Positions 12,566-27,900 of a stretch of 45,627 nucleotides of DNA are shown in pieces. This DNA is from Phoronis australis (lineage: Eukaryota; Animalia; Phoronida). The DNA lies in assembly GCA_002633005.1 (NCBI GenBank), contig NMRA01000932.1, forward strand, positions 49,704-95,330, written 5' to 3'. Numbering within the stretch: the stretch's first letter is position 1; each line of letters starts with the position of its first letter. The notes below the pieces were generated by a model. It was not told the DNA's origin. It saw only the letters and a program-made list of their open reading frames with translations, and ran no database searches. The position numbers and the translations under genes are program-made.

Positions 12566-13771
12566 CACCGGGGTCAGTAGTGTCGCGCCCCGGCCGCCGG
12601 GCGAGCTCACGCGTTTCCGGCGGTCTCACACGGCCGCACCTCAGTGTCAGCCAGGAACGGATATAATGCATTGTTCACTCTAAGCAAAATTTCTGATCAG
12701 TCTCACTTTCCAAGGCAACAGCTCGAGGAACCCTGTTTATTTGTGATGGGCAGAAAACATGCGCGCACCCAGCCTTCAATATGCGGGGGGCTCGAATTCC
12801 TGACGTTCAGTGTGGACCTTTGGGTAACAAAATAGCACCACTGTGAATTGCACGTTTGTGCTTGTTTAGTGGACTTTTCTCGGACTTTTCGTTCAGTCTC
12901 ACAGCTAGGCGGAGCCGTTTGCCCTCTTCGCCATATTGGGGGGAGCTCGTTCGACCCTCCCCCCCGGGTGGACGCATGGAAAAGAAGCACCGGGTGCCGA
13001 CCGTTGGACCCATGATGACCGTCAAGCGGAGGCGCTGGGCCGCGGACTTAATGCGACAGTTTCAGTTGCCGGGGATGCGCCTTTCGGTGGCCGAAACTGA
13101 GAGCACAGTACTCGCAGGTGACAATTAAAAGTGTCTGACGAACTACACTGCAGATTGTGTAAAACGTGCAACCATCCCGGCAGTGAAACCCCCCGCCGGG
13201 GCGAACACACTGATACATCTCAATACTCGGCCGGCGGCGGCTCCGTCGCATATATTCGGGCTCGTCTACTGGACCTTCATTGAGCCCCTCACTGAGAGAG
13301 CCGGACATTAGCTGACGGACTCTTCAGATTTTTAGAATCGTAGCCAGGACTACCATGACAATCATAGCAAGACGACCTTTAGTTCACGGGCCGTGAGCAT
13401 GCCACTCAGGTTAATTAAGCTAAGCGGCGGCTTTGTTAGTCGATTTTGGACCGGTTCCAAACAACTGACTTAGGTAAGACAAAGCTTAAATTTAAGCCAA
13501 TTTTAAGACAATTAAAGTCTTCATATCGTCAGCATGAAAAAAAAGTGATCTTGTTGAGTTTGCGGACTTGAGTTTTCAGTGGTAGCGGCCTACTAAACCC
13601 TGTTTTGATGATTTCCACTAATCCTCGTTCTGTTACCTGCTAATGTATCATTGGCGTCAAATGAATCTTCCAACTGGGGCGGGAATCGAAACATCCCGGC
13701 TTTTGTCACAGACTGGGCATCGTATTACTTAAAATTCATCGTTCGCGCAAACTCCGCCGGCCATTCATTGA

Positions 13772-16704
13772 TTCAATGGGCGTATATGTCCCGAACAAGA
13801 TAACTATACATTCGTATCTGGAAGGGGTTCTTCTCTTGTTGATTACATCCTTACGCAACATGAAAATTTATCTAATTGTCTGAAATTTGAAATTTATACA
13901 CCCGTAGCATTGGTAGACAAATCTGATCTTCTGAGGGAAATTTCTGGCGTTTGCCATATGCCAGATCATTCTTTACTTGCCCTTGATTTTTCCGTACATT
14001 ATAATGGCAACTTTTCACAATTAAATGAAGCTTGCATCGATTCCCAGAGATATAAAGTTCGGTCAATTCCCGTAGACTTTATGAATTCTGAAATTTTTAA
14101 TGCTGCTATGCGAGAATTAATTAATTCTATTTTGGTCTGCAGAGCAACCCAAGAAAACATTGACTGTATGTACAGTAGGTTTTGTAAGTGTATATTTGAT
14201 GAGATGGACAGAAAATTATTTTGTTCTAACTCAAAGAAGGTGAAAAGGAAATTTAAAACAAGCAAACCCTATTGATGTGCTGAATTGTCCGAGCTTTGGA
14301 AAGATGTAAGTTTAAAGGAAAAAAAATTGAAATGCAGCGGCTCTCGAGAAGAACGCTCTTTACTGAGACGTCAATTTCAAAATGCCCAGGTTCTATTTGA
14401 TAAAGTCCACAGGAGATCGAAAGAAATTTTTTGAGAGATCAAGCTGACCTCATAGAATCTTTAAATTTCAATAACCCAACAGAATTTTGGAAGTCCAACT
14501 GTAAATAATTTTGACCAGGGATTTTATGCTGATATGCTTCTCAAAAAAGCTCATCTCGAGTCGTTTAATAATCTTTACTTTGATGAAAATAGTAGTTTGA
14601 ATAAGAATATTACTCGCGATGAAGTAAAGCGGGTAGTGATGAAATCTAAATACAATAAAGCAGTAGGAATTGATCATATTTGTTATGAAGTATTAAAAAA
14701 TGATACCGCTATTGACCTTTTGACTTATTTGTTCCAAATGGTTTTTCGTTACGGTATGGTTCCTAGTTTATGGGCTAAATCCGTTATTATGCCTATTCCA
14801 AAGGGGTCAGAGAAGGACCCGCGCGTCCCGCTGAGTTATAGAGGTATCAGCTTGTTGTCTAACGTATACAAGTTGTATAGTAGTGTATTGAACAATAGAC
14901 TGGTTGAGTACGCGGAGGAAAACGGGCTCCTTGTTGATGAGCAAAATGGCTTTCGTCGTGACAGAGCATGCCGTGTTGATAACGTCTTTGGTGTGACCTC
15001 GATTATACGTAATCGCTTGAATAACAAACAATTCACATTTGCGACTTTTATTGATATGCAAAAAGCTTTTAACTGGGTAGATAGAAATAGTTTACTTTTT
15101 AAAATGTTGGATCTTATGATAGTTGGAAAATTTTATGAATCGGTTAAAAATATTTATGCCAAAACTCAATCCTGTGTTAAGATTAATAATACCTTTACGG
15201 ACTGGTTTTATACATCTTGTGGGGTCAAACAAGGAGATGTTTTATCATATACTCTTTTTGCACTATTTATCAATGATTTGGCAAAGGAATTAAAACAGTC
15301 AAATTTAGGAATTCCTATCGGTGCTGATGTATCATCTTTGTTTTATGCTGATGATATAGTGGTACTTGCCGAGAGCGAAGAAAATTTACAGGGTTTATTG
15401 AATATAGTTGATAAATGGTGCTCTAAATGGAAGCTAATTGTCAATCAGGAAAAAACTAATATTATTCATTTCAGATCCAAGCATGTCTCTCGTAGTTTAT
15501 ATCCATTTCGGTTGGGTCAACTAGACCTAGAATATGTACCCAAATATAAATATTTAGGAACAATTTTAAATGAACATTTGAAGTTTTCTGAAACTGCTAA
15601 AACTCTATCCGAATCTGCCGGAAGAGCTTTGGGCGCTTTAATTAATAAATTAATTTAAAAAGAATAAAAATGAGGTGCAGAACATTCACTACATTATTCA
15701 ATGCTTGTGTTGTGCCTGTTAGAGATTATTGCGTAGGTGTCTGGGGCGGCTCTAGTCTACAGGATTATGATGTCATTCAGAATAGAGCCGCGCGATTTTT
15801 CTTGGGCGTTCACAAATTCGCTCCTAATCATGCTGTTATGGGTGACATGGGGTGGGAATTCCCCAGTGTTAGGCGGAGCTTTTGAGAATGTGGAATCGTA
15901 TTATTAATTTCGAGGATGATAGACTAACATACCGAATATTTTGGTGGAACTACACTACTTGTACTAATAATTGGTCTTCTGAAGTTTTGAGCATTTTTGA
16001 AGAATTAGGGATTTCGGATTGTTTTCATAACATACGTTCAGTTAATCTGTCTCACTGTAAGAATATTTTGCATAATTTGGCCTGTAATAGGTGGTTGTTT
16101 GAAAACCGTTCGAAACCAAAGTTAAGAACCTATGTTTTGATGAAGAATGTCTTTGAAGTTGAGCCTTACGTGCTTTTAGACTTAACTCGGCCTAGTAGGT
16201 CAATTCTTGCTCAAATTAGAACCGGAACCCTACAGCTATTGTTTGAGGTTGGCGTTTTCGTTCTCTAGAATTTGATGACAGAATTTGCTGTCTTTGTCAC
16301 ACTGGTCAGGTCGAAACTGAACTACATTTTCTGTTTGAGTGTCCGTTTTTCTTAGATGCCAGAAACACCTTTTACTGTTAAGTTGAGATTAAATATCCAC
16401 GATTCCGTGCAGAAAAATGTGAAAGTAAATTAATTACAATCATGCAAAAAGATGTTATTAGAAAAGCTTCAGTTTTCATCAAAAATATTTTTGAAGTAAG
16501 GAAAAATTATATTTTTGATCACTTTTATCTCGGCCTTCTCTTTCTGGTCCTCTTGCAATGCGTGTACACTTGTCTTTTCTTTTTTGTATCATGTATCTAA
16601 AGTGACTTATAAGCCCCGTGAAGGGCTGGGTGTTCCTAGTCTTTGTAACGTAATCATTGTTTAAATTCATTTGAACACGTCACTATAATAAAAAAATTAC
16701 TTAC
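13772..16704 (+). mobile_element. 5'-truncated, frameshifted non-LTR retrotransposon (RTEX-like LINE): APE endonuclease tail, RT, C-terminal CCHC finger, 3' UTR
   Basis: NGR..NYTFVSGRGSSLVDY..PDHS (endonuclease end); YRGISLLS, EQNGFR, FIDMQKAF, GVKQGD, FYADD, YKYLG (RT, 14534-15658); KPKLRTY; RICCLC..ETELHFLFECP (about 16280-16345); several stops and frameshifts; AATAAA at about 16687 followed by an A-run and (TTAC)2. Confidence 0.92.
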
Positions 16705-17931
16705 GATAACTAAATAAGCAATGCCAATGTTCGCGAGTTCACCCGCTTTTCGTGCAGACTCGCTGATGTACATAAATGCTCGTGAATATACAAGTACTAT
16801 TTGCACGAGCTGAACAAGCGCATGAGACAGACGAGGCATAAACTTGTAAAGATTACAACCGTTGACAATATGTCAAGAAGTTGTCTGGTAATCTGAAGTC
16901 CTTTTGGAATAACCTTTTCTTCTTACACGATTTCCGGAAGCCTGTGTTCCGTGTCCAACCACTTGATTTTCAAGATGTTTATAACTCTACGATAGCGTTA
17001 TCCATAATTAAGAATTACATGTGTCGTGACCAGATCAAATGAGACTGCTTCTGTTGCTACTGAACGCCATACGACCACTCTTTTTTGTTAAAAATCATGA
17101 TCAGTACACGAGGATTTTCAGTGTTTGAGTTCACGTACGTGTTTCAACACCTACAGAGCTCGTAGACGAACTAAAGACTCTAGTCTCCAAGGTCTATCTT
17201 CAGGTCCCGAAATGTGTGTAGGCCTACTGTACAATTTTTTACTAAACTGAATAATGAGTTTTATCACATAGTCACCGAGTGTGATGACAATGTATTACAG
17301 ATATCGAAACTGACGTCAGCAATGTTAATAGGGTGCCCCAGGACGCTATGACGGAAGACACCGTGAGTCAAGTGAGAACACGTGGTCATGTGTCACACAC
17401 CTTTGCCTACCACTCAACTTGGACCGGAGTCACCAATTAAAGACAATAAGGATTTATGGAAATACAACCTTGAAATCGCTTTGAGACTTTTCCAGATAAA
17501 AATAGGGGGAATCCTGTCTTTTAAAACAAATTTCAAATGAGATATGCATGCAATATTTAATTTAGTAACAGTAACATCTTCCCAGACCGTAAAAGTGCAC
17601 TAGTAGAGTCCAGTTAAATTAATAATTCATTGAAATCGAATTTTGTTAAGTGTGAAGGTGGATTTAACAGTAATTTCTGTGATAAATAAACATTCGTTAA
17701 TTTTTAATTACTTCTACATAATTTGTTTTCCTGCCTGCATCAAGGACATTCATCAATGTGTTTACCAGTATTGCTACAGCAACTGTCCACTTATTTTGCA
17801 CACTCCGTTGTTTCGCACACCCAAAATTATTTGAAAATTTTCATGTCCCAACTCTAGTTGAACCATACATCCACATTAGGTTGACACGCATGCAAGCGTA
17901 TGTCAAGCTGCCCACATCACATGGCCCACTG

Positions 17932-18260
17932 CATGCGCGCACCCAGGGGGGGGGGGNNNNNNNNNNNNNNNNNNNNNNNNNNNNNNNNNNNNNNNNNNNN
18001 NNNNNNNNNNNNNNNNNNNNNNNNNNNNNNNNNNNNNNNNNNNNNNNNNNNNNNNNNNNNNNNNNNNNNNNNNNNNNNNNNNNNNNNNNNNNNNAAAACG
18101 AGTCAAAAGTGCACTAAAAAGGCAGGAATTCGACACGAATTCAGAATTCGTAGCTTTGATGGTAGACCCCGTTTTTTAGTCCACGCTTTTGTTTTTTTAG
18201 TAAAACTCCACATTCTGAACCATTTGAGCCCCCCTTTATTTCAGCCTAGGTGCGCGCATG
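17932..18260. mobile_element. MITE spanning an assembly gap
   Basis: TIR CATGCGCGCACCCAGG / CCTAGGTGCGCGCATG with a G-tract; N-run 17957-18094. Confidence 0.6.
17957..18094. other. Assembly gap (138 N)
   Basis: Run of n directly after a poly-G tract. Confidence 1.
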
Positions 18261-19369
18261 CACAGTACATGAAAAAAGTAACCTGGCAAAACAACGTTTC
18301 CATCATAATGACCAATTCTGTAAACAGCAAAAATGACTGGTCATGACTATTTTGTAGGCAAAACTCTAATATTATGAAATGTCTAGTAAGCACCCATATC
18401 AACTTTCCTGATCATATTCAGTCATGATGGAATACTACTTTCACTATAATCTTGACTTTTGTCCAGTTGTCATGACAATGAATTCTCAATAATTTTGACA
18501 AAATATGTTTGACCTGCATCTTTATGTGGAACCCACAAGTAAACACCAAGCAGTAATTTTCAAAACAGCAGTTGAGTGAAAGTTGATTTAAAATAACAAA
18601 ATAGTTAATATTGACATGTATTCAATTTAAAATGGACTAAATAAAGAAAAAGTCTTACCAACAGACAAAATGGTGAGGAATATTAAAAAAGGTCTTACCA
18701 GAGTAAAGGCTCAAATCAATTTTTGCATTTTAGCCAGCTAAACAGGGCGAATTGCAGCTTTAAGCCTAGACCAACAACTGTATTTCGCAAACATTCTGCT
18801 CATTTCATTAGAATGTAATGCATAAACATTCTCTGACATTATCTGATAGGTAAACCAGACTTTTGGGTTGTTAGTTTAGGATCATACAATGACCTGAACT
18901 CTAACCTCTGCACCGACTATACACCTTTCAGCTCAATTTTTCTACCAAGCAAAAATATCATCTAGAGCAAAATATTCACGGCCAAAACATGAAACTTTCA
19001 TCTTGCCCTTGCGCAACAGAAGTCTGTAAAAAAAACCCCAAAAGTCACAGAGCTTTCAGAATAGAGTCTAGATATTACTCAATTATTTAATGTTTAGTAA
19101 CCTTCAGTAACTGATACTATTTGCATAAAACATTAATTTTCAAACCAGCGATAGTTACATGTACTTCTATATTTGAGACCCAACTTGGGCATGACATTTG
19201 TCATTGCAAGATGATTGTTTTTTTGTTTTTTTTGCAAGATGATTGATGGTACCACCTCGAAGCAGACTTGCAAAAAGACTAACCCAAGGATGGTAGTCTG
19301 CCATTGAGACCTTGCAGCTTTCTTGCAACACAGACTAACCGAGATGGCAGGCTGCCAAAGAAAACTTTT

Positions 19370-21050
19370 AGTGGGGAATGCCACCCGATTTAATTAGTCT
19401 TTTTTACCGTCTTGATTGGTCTATATTCACATCGCCTCTTATACGGTCGATCGACCTCACCTTGCCGAGAAGTGTCGCGTTAACCTGTGAGGAAGGTGAG
19501 AAGCGACGCAGCGCCGTCAGTGGTTCGTCTGCAGAGTGAATGCTGCTATATTGCGGTGCATCGGTTCCCGCTTGTCCGAACCATGAAGCTGCGAGGAAAG
19601 CGGGTATATCGTTTTTTCGACTTCCTTGAGAGCGAAAATGCTTAGGAAGTGGCTCGCGGTAGTGAAGAATGAAAGGTACGCTGTTAATAGCAAATTTGAG
19701 GCAGCCGAAACATCTCCGTGTGTGTGGCCGGCATTTCGTCGACAGTGATTTCTCTGACGAATTCCGGCTTACCAAAGAACTATCCATACGTTCCGTTGCA
19801 TATGCATGTTGACGGCTCTCTCTAGTATTTTTTGATTAGTGTATTCCGGTTCGAACTGATAGCCTGCGAAACCTAACGATTCGACTCGTGAAGTCTTCGT
19901 CGGATGCGCTCTTGATTAAGTCGGGATTGGCGCCGTGAAGACGTTTATTATTCTGCGTTCTGTTTCAAAATGATTTATTCTCATCCTAAAATGATCATAA
20001 CCAATGCAATTTGTAATGCCTTGGAGTGCTCGGGAGTGCAAATGTTTTGAGAAGCCAGCAATGAATAAACCACTGCGTTACCGGCTTTTGATGCCGGCAA
20101 CAAAGGTAATTGACCGGGCACCGAGGCCGTGTGAGTGAGCGCATGCTAATTCCCAGTGTTTGCTGACAGAAGGCTGTTGTGAAACAATTACTCGATTTTA
20201 TATGCTATGGTCACATGTTAGGGAAATCTTTATTTAGAAATGCAAATACATTATTCAAATCATTGTTACTGTACAACCTTTGCCCTGACGGTCTGTGGAA
20301 GGGGAACCCGACTTCGCGGCCCATGGCCGACGACAAGTAGATTTTCAGTTTCGTGGCTAATTCACATAATTAATTACGTGCACATTTATCTCTTTGGCTC
20401 ACTAGTATAGTCTTTTTGTCAGGAGGTTTAGTTTCCAACTGGTTTATGTTCGTGCCAGACCCGGCGGCAGCGACGGGCCTGATCGGGTTCCGAGCCACCG
20501 ACTGGCCGGGATAACAAGCGTTTTGTGTGTTTAGAACTAAAAAATCACAAGTATAAACAACACAGATCCAGGTTCTCCTGTCTGTATTTCATAGAGAATA
20601 ATTTGAATTTATCTCCGAACAGACCCCAAACTCCTGCTACGGACCTTGGTAAATTGGCCTGCCCGCGAACTTTGTAGGCTAGGGTGTGTCCAAATACCAG
20701 TAAATCCGTAACTGCGAAATAAAACAACACGTTTTTATAAGAACTGGGGGTATTTTTAAGGGTTTTACATCGAAGTTTGATGATTTATTGGTGTTAAACG
20801 ATGAATTCAAGCGATTAAGCTGACAACACCACTAACCCATGTTGTGAACTGCTGAACAGACTGCGTGTGAAACCAATTACGTCATTGGATAAGTTCAACA
20901 CAACTATTATTAAAATCTCTTGGTCTATTTACACCGAATTCTAGTCAGGTGTCAGGTAACGCAACCGAACCTGCCGTTATCGAGTAGAACTACTCCATAA
21001 GGCTAAATTGATACAAAGTAGGTTGTTTTTTGGGTGGCATTCTCACTCCT
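19370..21050 (+). mobile_element. Kolobok-like DNA transposon deletion derivative, copy 1
   Basis: TIR GAATGCCACCC / GGGTGGCATTC, right end followed by TTAA; degenerate THAP fragment on + (19540 to about 19770: C..ACPN..GISFFRLP*..LRKWL..HLRVCGRHFVDSDF); convergent GYQFEPEY fragment on - (about 19815-19876); colinear with 27907-29003 apart from an extra segment at about 20351-20943. Confidence 0.75.
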
Positions 21051-21927
21051 TTAATAATTCTTCACCAAATTACTCTTCTGAGTAAGGTTTAAACCTCTAT
21101 TTCACCAATTTCAAATTTGCAGTTTAAAAGCTGGCCAGCACCAATGAACTCTGAAGAATTTTCTTGAGTCACTGATAGTCTTCCTGTTCTTGTTTGTAAA
21201 TAGAGTCAGATCACTGCAAGGAATGTTATGAGACTAATTTTGTCATAAAAGACCCAACTTGTCTTTGGCCAACTAAACAGGGTAAAAGATAGCTTTATTT
21301 GATTTTGTATTTGAGTGATAGGTTGTGCATGCAGAATGTCCTCACAAAGAACTATTGCACATGTGTGAAAATTTTTACAAGAATGCACATTTTTGGATTC
21401 AACTTCATTTTGTAATTGGCCTTTTTGCAACAAATTGAACATAATGAGCATATGATATTTCTGTATATAAACTTTGCAATGTCTCAAGATTGATTTGATC
21501 GCTACCAATCAATGCAAAATAAAACAAAGATGCTTTTGAAAGACACGTCCTGGTAAATTTGTAGAAAGACTTGCTACATTAAGAATTAATGCAAAACAAT
21601 TGGATATTGAGTAAGCCCCAGCTATTGTTTGACGTCATCATGCTCGGTTGAACATTAATACATTGGAGGCAAGCAGAAAAACGAGAACAGGTTAAAGTAA
21701 ACCAAATTCACCTCACAACATCTTTCAAAGTCAGTTCTAGAATTTCACCACTAATCTAGAGCAGTGCAGCTGTGTATGAATTGCATAAACCAACTAATAA
21801 AGATTCATTGTTGACTGAATGACCCAACACCATGTAGGTCACCTTGCCCTTGAGTAAACTGGAGGCCCCGAAAAGTCAGCCTTGTTGTTGTTGTTTTCAA
21901 CTGTAAAATCCACCCCTCTTTCCAAAA

Positions 21928-24900
21928 TCACAGACTGCCATTCAATTCTGCCCAAAATGAGCTGGGAATGTTCTTCAAGTTTTTAATGTTAGACAAAGAA
22001 TGCTGGGTTGCACCACATTCACCAACAGATGTCTCCCAACAGTCAAATCCAAGGGCAGATAACTCCTGCTGAACGGCAACTATAGTTGTATGTGGCGTAT
22101 CTAGAAAAGTTAAATACCACTTACTAACGTGAAAGTTGCAACATTTGGTTTGTCGTTAAAAAAACGGACACTTACATATTACCGGTAGGCATGTTTGAAA
22201 AAATATCACAGGCGATGCCCACAAACATCCTTTTTAAATAATATGTTAAGTTGGACACTAAGGAAGTGTGGTGGTTCATCTTTGGTTCTATGCACATTTG
22301 TCACAAGTCTACAAATTTTTCAGTCTCAGCAATATCAGGTCACAACAAAATTTTCATACTTAAGTCAAATTTTCATAAAAATAAATCACAATACAAAATG
22401 ACTTTAATGCACACTTAGGCAGTTCGGGGACTATAAACTAGTCATGCTACTATCACCAATTTGAGAGAGCTAGACCATCAAAATAGTGAAAAGTGAAAAC
22501 GAACGTGTCTTAATTCACCGCCAAGCTCTTATGTTAATAACAACAGCGAATGTGTCTGAGTGTGAAAATGCATGTCGTCCACCATACAAAAACTTGGTTT
22601 GCACAAGAATTTCGATCATACCAAGTAAGTGAGCTAACAACTTGGGATGGTCTATCACCACGATATTGCGTTACACTTATCGGCCTGAAGTAAAGTAACA
22701 TAAGCACTCACTAGGTGGCACTATGGTGAACACGCATCCTCCTCCTCCCGCTCCTGTCAGTTTGGACTGAAGGTTGTGTCTGCTTGTGACATTACACACT
22801 TGATCTATTGCGGAATGGCCGACGCCTATTAAACGTAACAAGTGTTGATTCATTTCAACCAAGTCCTGATAAAAAACAAAAGATAAGAATTAATAGGCCC
22901 AACCTCAGTACAGACGGCAATAGTCCCTTACAGGGTCTAGCATTGTGAGAACCAGTTTTCTACACTGAAGAACAGATGTCATCTGGTTCTCAAAATGCCA
23001 GACTCCTGTAAGTGATTATTGCTGTACATAGGAGCAACAGTAATTTGCGTTACAAATAAACACTTAATTATTTCAATATATTCAACGTGTTCAAATAAAC
23101 AACTCCAACTTTTTGTAGCTCAAATGAGCTGGCTACTCGGGACAGTCTATCACGAAGGAATTGCATTTCATTTAGCAATTTACATGGCATTTCTAAAACC
23201 CGCATCCAACCACCAGTTTCTACTAGTACCTCAAAGACAGAGGCTAGCTGTTGATCTGAGTCCACCTTATCCTCTATTGCCTTCACTGCAGTTTGTGCAA
23301 CAGCCTCCATGGCTTCCAACACTGGGCTCATTATGGCACTGTACTACAAGGGGAAAGAAAAAGTATGCAGGAAAATAACACTTTAAAGTGCTTAAAACAC
23401 CATTTACCTTGTTTTGAAAAGTGACTACATTGTCACCATCATTTAACATTCATTTACAGCTCTGCAAAACACAATTGTGAATTCAATATCCCAAAAACGA
23501 GAAAATCAACTTCAGTTGAATGTTTTTTAGCTCCATGGACATGAGTGTGACGTACGAACGAACCCCGCAGTGCCAGTATTTAAGTCTTGTACTAACTTGT
23601 GTCATATCCGTGGTTCTCCAATGTCGCACGGAAAAGTGACAAGAGCCACAGCGTGGTCTAATACTAAGCTGTCACAACCACAAACACAACACATCGCCAT
23701 TCCTTATTTTACCATATGTCAGATAGTGTTTGCAGGAGTTTGAACGCTGATCAACTGGTGGGATTGTTTCTTGGTGTTTTTTTGAAATGAAATTGATGAT
23801 TTTAAACAATTTAAAGGTATTTAGGCCAATGTGGCTATATTTGAAATATTAGGTATTTTGTATGCTCAAGCAAATTAAAGAGAAGATGTCAGTCCCAGCA
23901 AGAAAACGAAACTAGCACCTTTAAATGCTCTGCTGTTGGACATAAATCCTACTTGAAAAACAAGTATTTTAAGCTGATAAAATCACCAGAGCAATGTCTG
24001 GCGGACAACAGCAAGAAACAACAGATTTTATTGTTGTGTGGCCAATGTCAAATGTCAAAGCTAATAAGTTCAAAAAGAGTCTACCCCACCTTACAATAAT
24101 CCCCAATTGCTATTTTCTTCTGACAAAACGATAAGATCCCTTCAACACAAATGAACAAGTAAAAGTGATTATGTTTCTGGTATTTACACATTGCTTTGGC
24201 AATTAATAAATCTTAGAGTAAATTTCAAATCAAAACATCTGCATTGATATTCAGAGGCGTTTTCTGAGAAAACCTGCAAGACGTGATAATGTTGGCAGAT
24301 CAACTTTCACCCCTGGAAACTATGTGACAATATGGTTGAGTTAAGAATCATTATATACTCATTATACATCAGAACTGCTTTATTCCCTAGGTGCAGTAGT
24401 CGATCTTTGGACGACCTGTACTTGATTAAACAGTTTGCTACTATTTTACTGATGAGTTCTTTAAAGTGAACCACTTTTCTGTAACATACCTCCATTTTGA
24501 CATGCGTATAAAGAGGTTTGGAGGTGGTCCAGGAATGCCACAGTTATTTTTGAATTTCATTACATACATTATGTTTTGGTAATGGGGTGCTATCTCCATC
24601 ACAACTGCATGGTTAATACTTTAAATGGGGTGCTATCTCCATCACAACTGCATGGTTAATACTTTAAATGGGGTGCTATCTCCATCACAACTGCATGGTT
24701 AATACTTTAAATGGGGTGCTATCTCCATCACAACTGCATGGTTAATACTTTAAAACTTTGACGTGGTTCCGCCGACTTTTGCAGGTTTTCTCAAAAAACT
24801 TCTTAAATATTGAATTACCAGCCATATCAAAAATATGTATTGATATATGATAAACGTAATAGCACAGTGTCAGAGTGTTAATCTGATTTTTTGTATTGAT

Positions 24901-27900
24901 GAACACGAACCTTAAACTGTTATTGAATGCAACAGTACCTACCTTGTTATATTTTTCTCTCACCCCGGCTACCAGCACCTTTGTACTTCTTGGAACTTTT
25001 GTATTTGTCAACATGATACGCAACTTGGGGACTCTCTCAAGTGGCTTGATGGAGCCGTTGCAAAATACTAAAGCACCACCTGTAGGCAAATAAAACAATT
25101 ACGCTGACCATGAGCATTTTACCATGATGTTTTTTATTCTTATTACCACTTGAGTTGCCTTTCTTAAAAGGTACACCATGGATTTCCATTTCACAGACAG
25201 TCCCAGCCTCATTTTTATGGAAAGTTTCCGTTACAAGGGACCAAGGGACAGTTGTTTTTTACAAGGTCCCACTGAATGTTTAAATAGGTCAGAAAACTGT
25301 AAAAATTCAGGATTTTATACCGTATGTGCTGACAGAGTTGTCTATCCCTGACGGCTTGCCATGAATTATAACTTCTGACTGAAAAGCCCAGTCGTTTATG
25401 AGCTTTCGGTGTTCGTCTGACCACTGGTTACCATCAGAATTATCACCTGCAATGAACTACATGCATTATGTTGCCAACAAATTGAATTAAAATACCGGAA
25501 AGCAACCAACAAAATCCACTTGGTCAATGGCGTAATAGGGCAGATCAGTCAAAAACACTTTGATACAGATAAACCCTTAGAAAAATTCCAAACTAAGACA
25601 GCTTTGCCACAATACATCTCTGAAATGGGTTATCAGATTCTTAGGAAACTTTCAGAAAGTATGTCTCATGCATCATTCCCCATAACGTTTTTCTACTGAT
25701 TTCAAAGCATTATTCTCAAAGTTGTGGTAATTTTTAACAACTCAGTTTTCAAGAAATGAATTTGAATTCGCAAGTGTTTGACCAAGACATGCTGTAATGC
25801 AATGCCAATTTTCAAAAAAGTACTTTCTGGGCTTGAAACGAATTGACCATTAGTGTTTGCTTGAGATCATGCTGGATACATAAACTAAGAAAATGAATTG
25901 CAAAGGGAGAAGACAGCATTTTGAGCTTGGTCTCACTATCACTAGTGAACAGTCTCACTACCATTTAATGAACAGTCTCACCAGCACTAATGAACAGTCT
26001 CCCAACCACTAATGAACAGTCTCACACGCACTAATGAACAGCCTCACTGATGAACAGTCTCACAAGCACTAATGAACAGCCTCACTAATGAACAGGCTCA
26101 CTAATGAACAGCCTCACAAACACTAATGAACAGTCTCACAAGCACTAATGAACAGTCTCACCAGCACTAATGAACAGTCAGTTGTTTACAAGCTCAGAAA
26201 TATGAAGTTTGATCTTAATTAACAAGCAGAGAAACATGGCTAACTCATGTTCATTATCTCAACTGCTGCTTGACTTCTCAGCTTTTCCTACCTATGTGTT
26301 GATTCATTGGTATAGTCTTGGAATGTAAGAGCAGACTAGCAGCTAAGCAGACAGAGAAAGCAGCAGACGAGCCTAAACCAGCACTGGTTGGTAGACTGGA
26401 GCAGACGTTTATTTCAAGTGGTTGAAAACTGGAAGACAAAGTCACAGACTAGTATCAACAGTTGACAAAACAATTCTTAAGTTGAAACGTTTACAATAAC
26501 AGAAGAACTCTAGAATGGAAAACCAATCAAGTAGAGCAGGCAGTTACTGGTATTTTACCATTACATAATTTCTGCACTCAGGAAGAACTGACAATTTGTA
26601 ATTTTTAAGAATAATCTCATGAAATTTCACGCCATGACCTGAAATTGTACGTGCCTTATCTCAATCAATAATGAACGGTCAGTACCTGCAGTCCAATTCT
26701 ATAATCATGGTAAGTGGCCTAAATTGAAACTTGTTTTTGACAGAAACCATGAGTTTAAATGTCGCTTTAGTTAGTGTACAACAGTTAGTATTAAGTAGGC
26801 AAACAAGAGCAGAACCTTTTGATAGCTGAAGTTCAGCAGCCTTACACACAACATTGAAATGCCATCCACACACAGACTTGCCCTGACAAGTTACGCTAGG
26901 TTTGGAGGCTATCTGGACTTTAGTTAAACGAGTACAACTTGCCCCACTTGTGACAACTTACTCCACCTTATTGAGGTTGGGTACTTTGTTCTAGGGTAAC
27001 TTTCGCCACTTCTAATCGCTGTGTGGCCACAAACGTGGTGCAAAGTAGTAATTATCAGCTGCGCGCTTGCATAGTTACATACATATAAGGTCAATACCCT
27101 GAACTCCCACCATTTTTGTGAAGGTACACAAGTGCAGAGCGACAACTTATGCCTTGCACCAGTTATTGGATATACGCGTGTAAATGCTTTGCTTAAAGTG
27201 GAGCAAGTTGCACAAGTGCAACTTGTTGTAGGGTAAGTCTGTGTGTGGGTGGGACTTACCCATCAGTGATGTATAGATATAGATACAAGAAAGACACAAT
27301 AGCCAAGCTTTTTGTGTCACAGTTATCCGCAATACCAGCAATGCTTTTCAAGTGTGTAATAACACCCTCATCAACTCTGTCAGGTTTGGTATTCTTACCT
27401 GAAAAACATTAGAGAATAAATAGAAATGAAAAACCATCTAAGAAGTTTATCATTTCTGTAAAGACTGCGGTAATAATTCGCAGCAAAGGAGATAGCCTTT
27501 GCTTTGAACATAGGACAAAGTACTGACAATTTCAGCAATCATTTATGCACTACAATGGAAGAATTATCCACAAGACAGTTTGTTGTACTCTTACACATAG
27601 GAAGAAGTGATTTGACTTTCTGTTCAATCTCTGGCAGGCTCCATGATATATTCACCCCTATGTCTGGCAAAGTCAAAATAAGTAGGTTTCCAGTGGCAGG
27701 CTTAAGTCTCAAGAAGGTCCTCAAGTTAAGGCTTGATGCTAGCGCCATCTGCAAAAAGGAAACATACAAGCATATGTCACTTTAATTTACAACAGCAGGA
27801 TTACACGGTATCCGCCTCCACAGGCCTGAACAGTGGTGTGCCGTAATGTACAGACGTACAACCACCACATCCATTTATAGTATATCACATTCTGGTTAAG

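Noticed and set aside
14534-15658. Active or domesticated reverse transcriptase
   Set aside because: It is flanked by stops and frameshifts, the element is 5'-truncated, and conserved motifs are damaged (KAFN for KAFD, LSY for LSP).
17758-18346. ORFs across the N-run
   Set aside because: Artefacts of the assembly gap.
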